64,000 nucleotides of DNA, from contig JAPOZT010000011.1 of the NCBI GenBank assembly GCA_026705925.1, forward strand, positions 212,857 to 276,856, given 5' to 3'. Below, one piece after another: positions 19,462 to 27,808 of this stretch. Below the pieces are notes generated by a model. It was not told the origin of the DNA. It saw only the letters and a program-made list of their open reading frames with translations, and ran no database searches. Position 1 is the stretch's first letter; every line of letters starts with the position of its first letter. The position numbers and the translations under genes were made by a program. This DNA comes from Gemmatimonadota bacterium (lineage in GTDB: Bacteria > JAAXHH01).

Positions 19462-20763
19462 ATGGCCAGTCTGATCGTCGAAGGCGGTAAACCCCTCTCC
19501 GGCACGGTCGTTCCGTCCGGCAACAAGAACGCCGTGCTGCCCATTCTGTGCGCCACCCTGCTGACCGACGAGACGGTGACGATCCGGAACGTGCCGGACA
19601 TCACCGACGTGCAGAAAATCGTCACGTTCCTCGAAGCCCTGGGCTCCCGGATCGACTGGGACCGGGACGCCGGTTCGCTTCAGGTCAACAACGCAGGATT
19701 CCATGACGACACGGGCGAGGTGGCCCTGCCGGAAGGCATGCGTTCCGCCCTGCTCCTCCTGCCCGGCCTGTTGCATCGGACCCGGTCCATCCGCTTCGCG
19801 AACGTCAAGGGATGCGCCCTCGGGGTGCGGGAGATCGACCCGCACGTGGACGTACTGCGCGCGCTGGGAGGCCGCATCGTATCGGAAGATCCCATAGAAT
19901 TCGAGCTGAACGGCCGGTTCAGGGGCGACCGGATCTGGCAGGATTACGTTTCGGTGACCGGGACCGAGAACTTCATCATGGCCGCGGTCCTGGGCGAGGG
20001 CAAATCGACCCTGGTCAACGCGGCGTGCGAGCCCAACGTGCAGGACCTGTGTCATTTCCTCAACACCCTCGGGGCGAGGATCGAGGGCATCGGGGCGAAC
20101 GTCCTGCACATCCAGGGCGTGGACCGTCTCGGCGGCGGCACGGTGGAGATCACGCCCGACCATCACGAGATCACGACGTTCCTGGCCGTGGGCGCCGTGA
20201 CGGGCGGCGAAGTGCGGGTCGAGCAGGCCATACCCCACCATTTCGACCTGATCAACCGCTGCTTCAGGAAACTGGGCGTAGCCATCGAATACGAGGGTGA
20301 TACCGCGCTGGTGCGGAACGGCCAGCCACACCGGATCGAGAATCCCTTTACGTCCAATATCCTGGCCAAGATCGAGGCCGCGCCCTGGCCCTACCTGCCC
20401 GCCGACCTCCTGCCCCTGATGATCCCCCTGGCCATCCGGGCCGAAGGATCGATCATGTTCTGGAACAAGGTATACGAAGGCGCCTTCTTCTGGATCTCGG
20501 AACTGGTCAAGTTTGGCGCCCACGCGGTCATCAACGACCCCCACCGCATCATCGTCTTCGGTAACCGTCCCCTTCAGCCGGCCACCGTGGAGGCGCCCTA
20601 CATCATCCGGGCGGCCGTGGCCCTGTACATGACCGCCGCGAGCATCCCGGGCACGAGCGTCATCAACGGCGCGGAGTCCATCAACCGGGCCCATCCGAAT
20701 TTCGTGGAGAACCTGCGCGCCTTGGGCGCGGAAGTGTCATGGGACGGGTTGGAAGAGGATTGA
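19462..20763 (+). CDS. murA: UDP-N-acetylglucosamine 1-carboxyvinyltransferase
   Basis: The N-terminus LIVEGGKPLSGTVVPSGNKNAVLPIL matches the MurA signature (SGAKNAALPIL). The protein is 433 aa with the EPSP-synthase-like fold family. Confidence 0.9.
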   Translation: MASLIVEGGKPLSGTVVPSGNKNAVLPILCATLLTDETVTIRNVPDITDVQKIVTFLEALGSRIDWDRDAGSLQVNNAGFHDDTGEVALPEGMRSALLLLPGLLHRTRSIRFANVKGCALGVREIDPHVDVLRALGGRIVSEDPIEFELNGRFRGDRIWQDYVSVTGTENFIMAAVLGEGKSTLVNAACEPNVQDLCHFLNTLGARIEGIGANVLHIQGVDRLGGGTVEITPDHHEITTFLAVGAVTGGEVRVEQAIPHHFDLINRCFRKLGVAIEYEGDTALVRNGQPHRIENPFTSNILAKIEAAPWPYLPADLLPLMIPLAIRAEGSIMFWNKVYEGAFFWISELVKFGAHAVINDPHRIIVFGNRPLQPATVEAPYIIRAAVALYMTAASIPGTSVINGAESINRAHPNFVENLRALGAEVSWDGLEED

Positions 20764-20835
20764 AGGGAAGGCGGGGGTGGCGGTGTGGGTGGCGCGTCCA
20801 GCCGTCGTACCTTCGACCTGGACGTCGATCCCGGC

Positions 20836-22653
20836 CTAACCGATCACCCGTATGGGCAGAAGGGGTTTCGAGGCGTCGACTCCGAAGTCCAGCCTGACTT
20901 CCTGGTCCCCCTTGCGAAACGTCATCTTGCTTGTTCCGGCAGGCGCGTCCACCCCGGGCGCCTCGTACAGCGGGTAGGCGTCGTAGTCGATGGCCTCGCC
21001 GTCCACCTTGTGCTGACCATGCTGACCATGCTGGCCATCGAAGTACATCTCCATCTGGTTTCCGTCCAGCGTCTCGACGGCGACGCGGTCGCTCCCCGGC
21101 CATCCGGACAGGTCGGGTGATAAAGCGGCCCGGCGCGCACAGAACGCTTCGAACGATTCCTCGCTGTCCGCCTCCCGGGCTTCAAGCACCAGTCCGCCAT
21201 GCAGGTCCGGGATCCTGAGGAGCCAGCCGTCGATCTGGTCGGGATTCGCCGCCAGGTGGCGCATGGCCCCTTCCTCCCGGATTTCCGACCACCCGTAGGG
21301 ACCGATCGGATAGAGGGCGATATAGGCGCCGGCGCCGGTATCTCCCATGATCCAGCCTTCGCGCTCCACCCAGCCGATAGACCGGGGCAGAAACAGGTTG
21401 ATGAAGGGGGCCTCGTCGTCCGGCGGGATCTTGTAAAGGACGATGACGGTGCCCTTGTGCTGCATCATCCTTTCATAGGGTGATGCGCCGAAAAGCCGGT
21501 CGGGCCATTGGAGATAGGGCTTGTCGGATCCGATCTGCCGTCTGATCTGCTGCGGATAGCCCACGAGAAAGGCGCTGAAACGTTCCGGGCTGCGATAGGG
21601 GTGGTTGCAGCAGATCTTGGCCTGCTGATTCTCTCCTCGCCACGTCAGGTCCCATGAAATCAGGTCGATGGGGCCGGCCCCGGGGCCCGGCAGGCCCAGC
21701 TGCGACGACCCGAGGGCGAAGGACGGACTCATGTAAGTGTACTTCCGGACCGGACGCGCCTCGTGCTCTACACGGCGGTAGATCGTCCTGGGCGCCTTGG
21801 TCTTCTTGACGACGTGGGCCGTGGACCGGTCCATCGCCATCTCCGCGAAGAGGGCCGGGGGCCGGTAGGCGGCCGTGGCCGGCGGAATGCAAAAGCCATG
21901 GACGTGGTGCTTTGGTTCGAACTCCTCGTCGCCGAAATATAAGTACTGCAACGCGGAGATCGCGCCGGATTTCCTCCAGGTGTTCTCCCGGTAGCCTTCG
22001 CGGCTGTGACCGCCCGCCCAGGATCCGTAGTAATACTCCAGTGCCATGTCCGCCACGTACAGGGCCAGCACCTGTTCGACCTGGTGGCGCAGATGAGGAT
22101 CGGCCGCGTGGTCCGCGAGCGTGATCATCGGTACCATGTGCTCCACGTGGTACTGGGGGGAGTCGTATTCGTGGTGGCCGTTGACGGCGGTGCGTTCGAT
22201 CATCCCCAGGATCCAGCGCATGGCTTCGGCCCGGTTGGCTTCCGCGGACAGGCCGTTCCACATGCATTTCGCGTCCGGCCACCTTTCCGCCGCCAGCAGG
22301 TTGCCCACGTAGAACATCAGCCAGTGGTTTTCCGTGTTTCCGCGCTCGAGGACGCCGTCCATCATGAAATCCCGGATGATACCCAGGGCTTCCTCCGGCA
22401 GCCGGTCGGGCCACCGGGCGATGAGCGCGCCGCAGGGATACACGTGGAACGGACCACCGGCGGGACGGCCTCCCCATCCATCCGTCTGGTCTGAGAGCGC
22501 GTTCCGCACGATGTCGACGACCTTCGCGTCATCCATGCCCGTCGCAAGGTGCGCGTTCAGGTCCCATAGGCCCCCGCCGTCCCGTTTCGACCAGTTTTGG
22601 ACGACCCGGTCGGCCCGCTCATCGACCTGCCTGTTGTAAGTTGTCTGGTCCAT
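20836..22653 (-). CDS. hypothetical protein (about 605 aa, no signal peptide; possibly alpha/alpha-toroid polysaccharide lyase/heparinase II/III-like)
   Basis: Long ORF with coding-like codon usage. The start is at MDQTTYNRQ. It is His/Trp-rich with no confident family signature visible by eye. Confidence 0.5.
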   Translation of the reverse strand: MDQTTYNRQVDERADRVVQNWSKRDGGGLWDLNAHLATGMDDAKVVDIVRNALSDQTDGWGGRPAGGPFHVYPCGALIARWPDRLPEEALGIIRDFMMDGVLERGNTENHWLMFYVGNLLAAERWPDAKCMWNGLSAEANRAEAMRWILGMIERTAVNGHHEYDSPQYHVEHMVPMITLADHAADPHLRHQVEQVLALYVADMALEYYYGSWAGGHSREGYRENTWRKSGAISALQYLYFGDEEFEPKHHVHGFCIPPATAAYRPPALFAEMAMDRSTAHVVKKTKAPRTIYRRVEHEARPVRKYTYMSPSFALGSSQLGLPGPGAGPIDLISWDLTWRGENQQAKICCNHPYRSPERFSAFLVGYPQQIRRQIGSDKPYLQWPDRLFGASPYERMMQHKGTVIVLYKIPPDDEAPFINLFLPRSIGWVEREGWIMGDTGAGAYIALYPIGPYGWSEIREEGAMRHLAANPDQIDGWLLRIPDLHGGLVLEAREADSEESFEAFCARRAALSPDLSGWPGSDRVAVETLDGNQMEMYFDGQHGQHGQHKVDGEAIDYDAYPLYEAPGVDAPAGTSKMTFRKGDQEVRLDFGVDASKPLLPIRVIG

Positions 22654-22663
22654 GTATTGTTTT

Positions 22664-23566
22664 CTATGTCTCAGGTGCAATGATCGCACGTACGTTTACA
22701 AATCCCGGAATCTGATGCCACGTGTGGCCGCCATCATCCGTGTACCACAGCCCGCCCGGCGTGGCGCCGGCCAGCCACGTCGACGTCGAACCGGGATGGC
22801 ATCGTATGGCCGCGCACAGGTGCCGCGGTCCCCTTCGAACCCAGTGGCCCGAACCATCGCCGATGGCCACGCCGTGTTCCGTGGCGGCAACGATATCGTC
22901 GCCGGCACGCATCAATTCGAAGACCGCGCCGCCGTCTGCCGTATGGCCCGTCGAATCCCAGCGCTCACCGTCCTCGCTGCGCCAGATCCCCCGGTCGTCG
23001 GTGCCTGCCCAGAACTGCCCGTGGATACACGCCAGCGCGCGTACTGCGGTACCCGAAATACTGGTCCGCCGCCACGCCGCTCCCGAGTCGTCCGCGATCA
23101 GGACGCCGCCTTCGGTGCCGATCAACCACGTCGTGGGTTCTTCCGGATGCACGAGAATGGCGTTGGTGAAACGCTCATTGACGCGAAGTGCGTCCGAGTG
23201 ATGCGTCCAGCGGACCGCCCCGAGGTCGTCGTAGCGACCCGTGGCAATGCCGTAGGGGGATCCAGCAATCACTCCCGGCGATCCTTCAACCGATGCGATG
23301 GCCATGATCTCGGTAAGCGTCTCGTCGTGAAGCTGCTTCCAGCGGTCGACCTGATCCGAGTCGTTCGGCCACTCCCAGAGTCCGCTGCCCCAGCTCGCGC
23401 CCGCCACCAGGCGGCCCGGTTCCCGGATAAGGCTGGAGATGCCGTACTCCTGGGCACCGATGCGCGTCCAGGATCCACCGATGGTGCCGTGGTATACGCC
23501 CTTGGATCCGATGAGCCAGTGATCGCGGGGGATCATATCCAGGGTATGCTCCAAGTGAGATGTCAA
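22664..23566 (-). CDS. BNR/Asp-box repeat beta-propeller protein (Ycf48/sialidase-like)
   Basis: Repeated S-x-D-x-G-x-T-W-like motifs (WRSEDGERW, YTDDGGHTW, GVLIADDSGAAW) are present. The gene lies 10 nt downstream of the previous gene on the same strand. Confidence 0.65.
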   Translation of the reverse strand: MTSHLEHTLDMIPRDHWLIGSKGVYHGTIGGSWTRIGAQEYGISSLIREPGRLVAGASWGSGLWEWPNDSDQVDRWKQLHDETLTEIMAIASVEGSPGVIAGSPYGIATGRYDDLGAVRWTHHSDALRVNERFTNAILVHPEEPTTWLIGTEGGVLIADDSGAAWRRTSISGTAVRALACIHGQFWAGTDDRGIWRSEDGERWDSTGHTADGGAVFELMRAGDDIVAATEHGVAIGDGSGHWVRRGPRHLCAAIRCHPGSTSTWLAGATPGGLWYTDDGGHTWHQIPGFVNVRAIIAPET

Positions 23567-23718
23567 TTAAACTGCGGACATGGGGAGTTCCGGGCCAGTT
23601 ACCCTCATATCCAGATATACTTTTAACAGAAACAATCGGACAAAAATAACCCGCGGGTACCTACGCACACAATGAAAAACCAATGCAGTGGAAGGGGGGC
23701 CAACTAGAACGGGAGTTT

Positions 23719-23747
23719 TTGACTTGATTCTCCGGTACCGCTATACT
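23719..23747 (+). promoter_or_regulatory. near-consensus sigma70-type promoter TTGACT-N17-TATACT, with the -10 ending 8 nt before the ATG (predicts a leaderless mRNA)
   Basis: Read directly from the sequence: TTGACT at 23719-23724, a 17-nt spacer, TATACT at 23742-23747, and the ATG of the downstream CDS at 23756. Confidence 0.55.
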
Positions 23748-23755
23748 CTCCTACC

Positions 23756-25108
23756 ATGTACCGGACCCTTTTCTGGTTCCTCCTCCCCCTCGTCATCACC
23801 GAACTGATCTACGAACTGGGCATCCAGGTCATCAACGGCGGCATCGCCCGTGTGCCCCGGCCCACCGAAACCCTGGCCGCGTACGGTATTGCCTGGGGGC
23901 TGACGTCTTTCCTGACCGGCACCGTCTCCCAGACCCGGCAGATGTCCATGGTCCTCGTCCGGGACCGGGCGACCTTCCACACCGTGCTTCGATGCGTCGC
24001 CGGTTTCGGTGGTGTGCACTTTCTCATCCTTGGGTGTCTGGCGTTTACACCGGTGGGACTATGGGTGATCGACGAGCTTCACGCCGTGGACCCGATCCTC
24101 GGCGGCACGGTGCGCAGCGCGCTCGGACTCCTGCTGCCCATACCGCTGATCGTGGGCATCACGAGGTTCCTGTCGGGTCTGCTGTTGCGGGTGAGACGGA
24201 CCGACATCATCAGTTATGCCATGATGGCGGGCATCAGCATGAGCGTGGTGTCCGTGTTCCTGTTCCTCCCGACGCCGACCGTCCAGGCCGATCCCATATT
24301 GCTGCCGGTGGCCGCGACCTACTTCGGCGTCCTGACGGAATTGGTTGTGATCATCTATGGCTACCGGCGATTCGTCCGGCGGACACTGAAGCGGTCGAGC
24401 GGGGAAATCGTAAGCGAGGAAATCGAAGGGGGACGAGCGGCCGGGCAGGATGCGGCCGGCGAACCGGTCTCCCGGAGACAGCACCCGCTGACCGCCGCCT
24501 ACGTACTGCGGTTCTATTGGCCCCTGGCCGTAACGATCGGCATACAGGCCTTGAGCCGGCCCATCATCAACCTGTTCGTCGCCCGGGGCGCGGACGGCAC
24601 GGAATCCCTGGCCGTGCTCACCATCGTGTACGCCCTTGCGCATCTGCCCTACGGGTGGCTGAACGAACTCAAGAACCTGCCGCCCGCCTTTCAGCGACAG
24701 GACCCGGAAGGCCGGATCATCCGACGGTTCACGGCCATCTGCGGTCTGATTTCCTTTGGGACCATGGTCCTGATGTTCTGGACCCCGGTGAGGTTCTTCC
24801 TGCTGGAGTCCCTGATCGGCGTGGATCACGATTTCGCCGTGCGCTGCACCGTGCCGCTGATCATCTTTTCCTTTTTTCCCCTCGCCGTCACGATCCGGTC
24901 CTATCTCCACGGGATCGCGCTGCGGGACCATCGGACAGGCGCGATCGCACCGAGCGGACCCGCCCGGGCCGGCGCGATCGTCATCGTCGTGAACGTACTC
25001 GCGCTCTTCGATCTGCACGGGGCGATCCGCGGCGTGGCCGCCCTCTACAGTGGGTTTGTCACGGAAACGATCGTGGTCCGGTGGCGCATGGGCAGAAGGC
25101 GCGGCTAG
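23756..25108 (+). CDS. polytopic inner-membrane protein (MATE/MOP flippase-like, about 12 TM)
   Basis: The 450-aa protein has about 12 hydrophobic segments in two halves separated by a charged loop (GEIVSEEIEGGRAAGQDAAGE). No specific family motif was recognised. Confidence 0.5.
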   Translation: MYRTLFWFLLPLVITELIYELGIQVINGGIARVPRPTETLAAYGIAWGLTSFLTGTVSQTRQMSMVLVRDRATFHTVLRCVAGFGGVHFLILGCLAFTPVGLWVIDELHAVDPILGGTVRSALGLLLPIPLIVGITRFLSGLLLRVRRTDIISYAMMAGISMSVVSVFLFLPTPTVQADPILLPVAATYFGVLTELVVIIYGYRRFVRRTLKRSSGEIVSEEIEGGRAAGQDAAGEPVSRRQHPLTAAYVLRFYWPLAVTIGIQALSRPIINLFVARGADGTESLAVLTIVYALAHLPYGWLNELKNLPPAFQRQDPEGRIIRRFTAICGLISFGTMVLMFWTPVRFFLLESLIGVDHDFAVRCTVPLIIFSFFPLAVTIRSYLHGIALRDHRTGAIAPSGPARAGAIVIVVNVLALFDLHGAIRGVAALYSGFVTETIVVRWRMGRRRG

Positions 25109-26367
25109 CTGGCCGTCTCCCTCCATCCCTTCGTGATGTCCAGGAAGGCGTCGATGTCCTGCTCGTTGTTGAACATGGCGGGACCCACGCGGATCTGGGT
25201 GTTGTTCTCCCGGAAGGACAACCAGACCCCCGTGTCGTTAAGCTGCTTTTCAATCACTTCGTGGTCGGCGGCGTGGTTGAAGGAAACGATGGCGGACTGA
25301 TTGCTGGCCGGCGTGAAGACCTCGAACCCCTGCTCGGTCAATCCGTTGTGCAGGCGGTGCGCCAGGGCCACCGTGTGCTGCTCGATCCGGTCTGTTCCCA
25401 CGTTCAGCAGGTAATCCAGCGACGCGGAAAGCTGGTAGATCGCCGCGAAGGCGGGGGTGGCGTATCCAAACTTCCTGGCGTCGGTGTAAAGCGTGTACTG
25501 GAAGTCGGGAAGCCTTTCGTCCACCATTCTCCATCCCAGGCGGTCGGGCTTCACCACGTCCATTACCGATTCCCGCACGTAGAACGGCGCTACGCCGAAG
25601 CCGCCGAGTAGCCACTTGTACGACCCCGTGGTGAGGAAATCGACCCCGGTCGGTCCGACGTCGAGATCGACCATGCCGACCCCCTGGACGGCATCCGCGT
25701 ACAGGTAGGCGCCGCTAGCATGGGCCACGTCCGCCAGGGCATTAAGATCGTGACGGTAGCCGTTCCGGTTGGATATCCAAGCCACGGAGACCAGCTTCGT
25801 CTTCTCGTCGACCATCTCGGCGAAGGCTTCGGGCGAAGCCACGCCGTCCACGTTCCGGACGATGCGCGTTTCGATGCCCAGGGTCTCGGCCAGCTGGCTG
25901 TACATCACAAACGACGTCATGTAGTGAAGATCGTCGATCACCACGTTGTCCCCGGCCTGCAGGGCCAGGGAGTTGACCACGATGTTCTCGCCCTCGCTGG
26001 TGGAGGACACCAGCCCGATCTCGCTCAACTGTGCCCGGATAAGGCGCGAGAACTTCTCCCGCACGGCTTCCTCTTCATCGAGCATGGCGCGCAAATGGAC
26101 GGGATCGCGGGACTTGGCCGCGAGGAACTCGATGGTCTTGTCCACCGCGGGCTGTGGCGAGGGACCGATGTAAGGCGTATTCAGGTAAAGGTTATCGCCG
26201 GCGACCGGAAAATCCGTGCGTACGCCCAGGGGATCGTCGCCGGAGGGAGGCGCGGCGCTGACATCCGCCGGGACCTGGTCCGATTCGTCGCTGCATGCTA
26301 GTCCTGCGGCGCCGGCGAGGGCGGCCGTGGACACGACGCCCATGAACTCCCGTCTCGATACGGACAT
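25105..26367 (-). CDS. class V PLP-dependent aminotransferase/desulfurase-like enzyme with a Tat signal (probable Tat-lipoprotein)
   Basis: The N-terminus carries the Tat motif SRREFMG followed by a hydrophobic region and LACS (a lipobox-like Cys). The PLP lysine context TGSYKWLLGGFG is typical of fold type I class V enzymes such as SufS/IscS and isopenicillin-N epimerase. Confidence 0.7.
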   Translation of the reverse strand: MSVSRREFMGVVSTAALAGAAGLACSDESDQVPADVSAAPPSGDDPLGVRTDFPVAGDNLYLNTPYIGPSPQPAVDKTIEFLAAKSRDPVHLRAMLDEEEAVREKFSRLIRAQLSEIGLVSSTSEGENIVVNSLALQAGDNVVIDDLHYMTSFVMYSQLAETLGIETRIVRNVDGVASPEAFAEMVDEKTKLVSVAWISNRNGYRHDLNALADVAHASGAYLYADAVQGVGMVDLDVGPTGVDFLTTGSYKWLLGGFGVAPFYVRESVMDVVKPDRLGWRMVDERLPDFQYTLYTDARKFGYATPAFAAIYQLSASLDYLLNVGTDRIEQHTVALAHRLHNGLTEQGFEVFTPASNQSAIVSFNHAADHEVIEKQLNDTGVWLSFRENNTQIRVGPAMFNNEQDIDAFLDITKGWRETAS

Positions 26368-26503
26368 GAGTTGCTCCTTTGCATCTTGGCTAGGATGAAT
26401 CTTGGCTGGGATTAACTGGTATGGGGTGTGCAGACACGGTATGGAGGCCGTGGGAAAGCGTCAAGGAAAGAACAGGTCAGTCCGCCTAAGTTGTCCAATC
26501 ACA

Positions 26504-26515
26504 CCTGTATTTAGG
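26504..26515. repeat. left copy of the 12-bp direct repeat CCTGTATTTAGG bracketing the low-GC island
   Basis: This copy matches 11 of 12 positions with CCTGTATTTAAG at 30901-30912. It lies at the GC-content transition on the left side of the island. Confidence 0.45.
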
Positions 26516-26702
26516 ATGCAAAAAGTTGGGTGTTTGTCACAATACAGGATGATTAGGGGTACATCTTGACATGGATGTGATTAACTTGTTCCTTCGTTTT
26601 AGATTATCTCTGCAACATACTACTTTATACATAACGAGCCTTTCGTTAGTGCCAGGAAAGGCATGGTTATCTACATGTTCACCACGCAGACAGGAACGAT
26701 AG

Positions 26703-27806
26703 TTGAAACTTCCTACCTACGAAGAAATCTCGAGCGACGAGAAGCAATTGGAAGTTCGGGAGTGGCCGCCTAATGAGTCACTTTTTGTCGTAGGACCACC
26801 GGGATCAGGTAAGACAGTATTGGCGGTTTTACGCGCTGAAATGGTATCTGAGTGGGCAGAAGAAAAAGATGTTATACTTGTAACCTACAACCGTATGCTA
26901 AGAAGGCTACTGGATTTGCTAGATAGAAGCGGTGTGAATGCGTCAACCATGCACAGTTTTGTATGGAATCATTATACCCATGTTACTAAGGAGGATGTGC
27001 CTACGCTACAAACAAACTCCTATGTTTATAATTGGAAAAACATGATAAGTCACCTAAGTCAATCAAGTGTGTCTTCCTCCCTCTCTTGTTTAATTGTAGA
27101 CGAAGGACAGGATCTTCCCGTCGACTTCTTTAGATACACTGCTAGATTTGTCGCCAAAACTCTCACAGTCTTTGCCGACCAAGATCAGGCTATTGGCGAT
27201 CGGCACACAACTCTTGAACAAATCAAGGGGGCTACAGGCTTAGATGACCCTATTATCCTACAAAACAACCATCGGAATACACCAGAAGTGGCAAGGGTTG
27301 CTGAGCACTTTCACAGCGGACTCTTGCCGGCTGCTAAGGTATCCCGAAATTCCATTGGAGAGGTGCCACGATTAGTTAAGACACGAGACATCGATCATGT
27401 GGCAGTACTAGTTTCGAATTGGCGACAAACTCGGGGAGGATCGGTAGGCGTGATTGTTGTACGAAATGAAACGGGAATTGCACTCCATCAAAAACTCAAG
27501 GATCGGCTTTCAGGAACGCGTGTTGACATCTACAGGAACGACGATAAAAACGAAAATAGTATAAATGTTCTAAATGACGGAGTGACGGTTCTAAATAAGG
27601 AATCGGTTAAAGGACAGGAGTTCGACACAGTATTCATCTTGGAAATCGAGCACCTCATTCCCATCGCCAACGATACAGACCGTCGAGCTATGTATATGAT
27701 GTGCTCCCGAGCTCGAGATCATTTGTTCCTTATTTATGGTCCAACTGAACTCACGGTTCCAGCTGCGGAAGCACTACCAGGACCGGAAATCCTTGAACGA
27801 GTTTAA
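26703..27806 (+). CDS. compact UvrD/PcrA-like superfamily 1 helicase/ATPase (367 aa)
   Basis: SF1 motifs are present: Walker A GPPGSGKT, motif II IVDEGQD, motif IV-like NHRNT, motif V VKGQEFDTVFI, and motif VI MCSRARDHLFLIY. The start is a TTG codon. The GC content of about 42% contrasts with about 65% in the flanking DNA. Confidence 0.75.
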   Translation: MKLPTYEEISSDEKQLEVREWPPNESLFVVGPPGSGKTVLAVLRAEMVSEWAEEKDVILVTYNRMLRRLLDLLDRSGVNASTMHSFVWNHYTHVTKEDVPTLQTNSYVYNWKNMISHLSQSSVSSSLSCLIVDEGQDLPVDFFRYTARFVAKTLTVFADQDQAIGDRHTTLEQIKGATGLDDPIILQNNHRNTPEVARVAEHFHSGLLPAAKVSRNSIGEVPRLVKTRDIDHVAVLVSNWRQTRGGSVGVIVVRNETGIALHQKLKDRLSGTRVDIYRNDDKNENSINVLNDGVTVLNKESVKGQEFDTVFILEIEHLIPIANDTDRRAMYMMCSRARDHLFLIYGPTELTVPAAEALPGPEILERV

Positions 27807-27808
27807 CT

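Noticed and set aside
19360-20694. A 444-aa minus-strand ORF overlapping murA
   Set aside because: It is antisense to murA, whose protein matches the MurA N-terminal signature. The ORF has Arg/Gly-rich low-complexity content.
26368-26702. Integrase or transposase remnant, or a small ORF, in the left flank of the island
   Set aside because: There is no ORF of meaningful length and no recognisable integrase motif. The region looks like AT-rich promoter or intergenic DNA.
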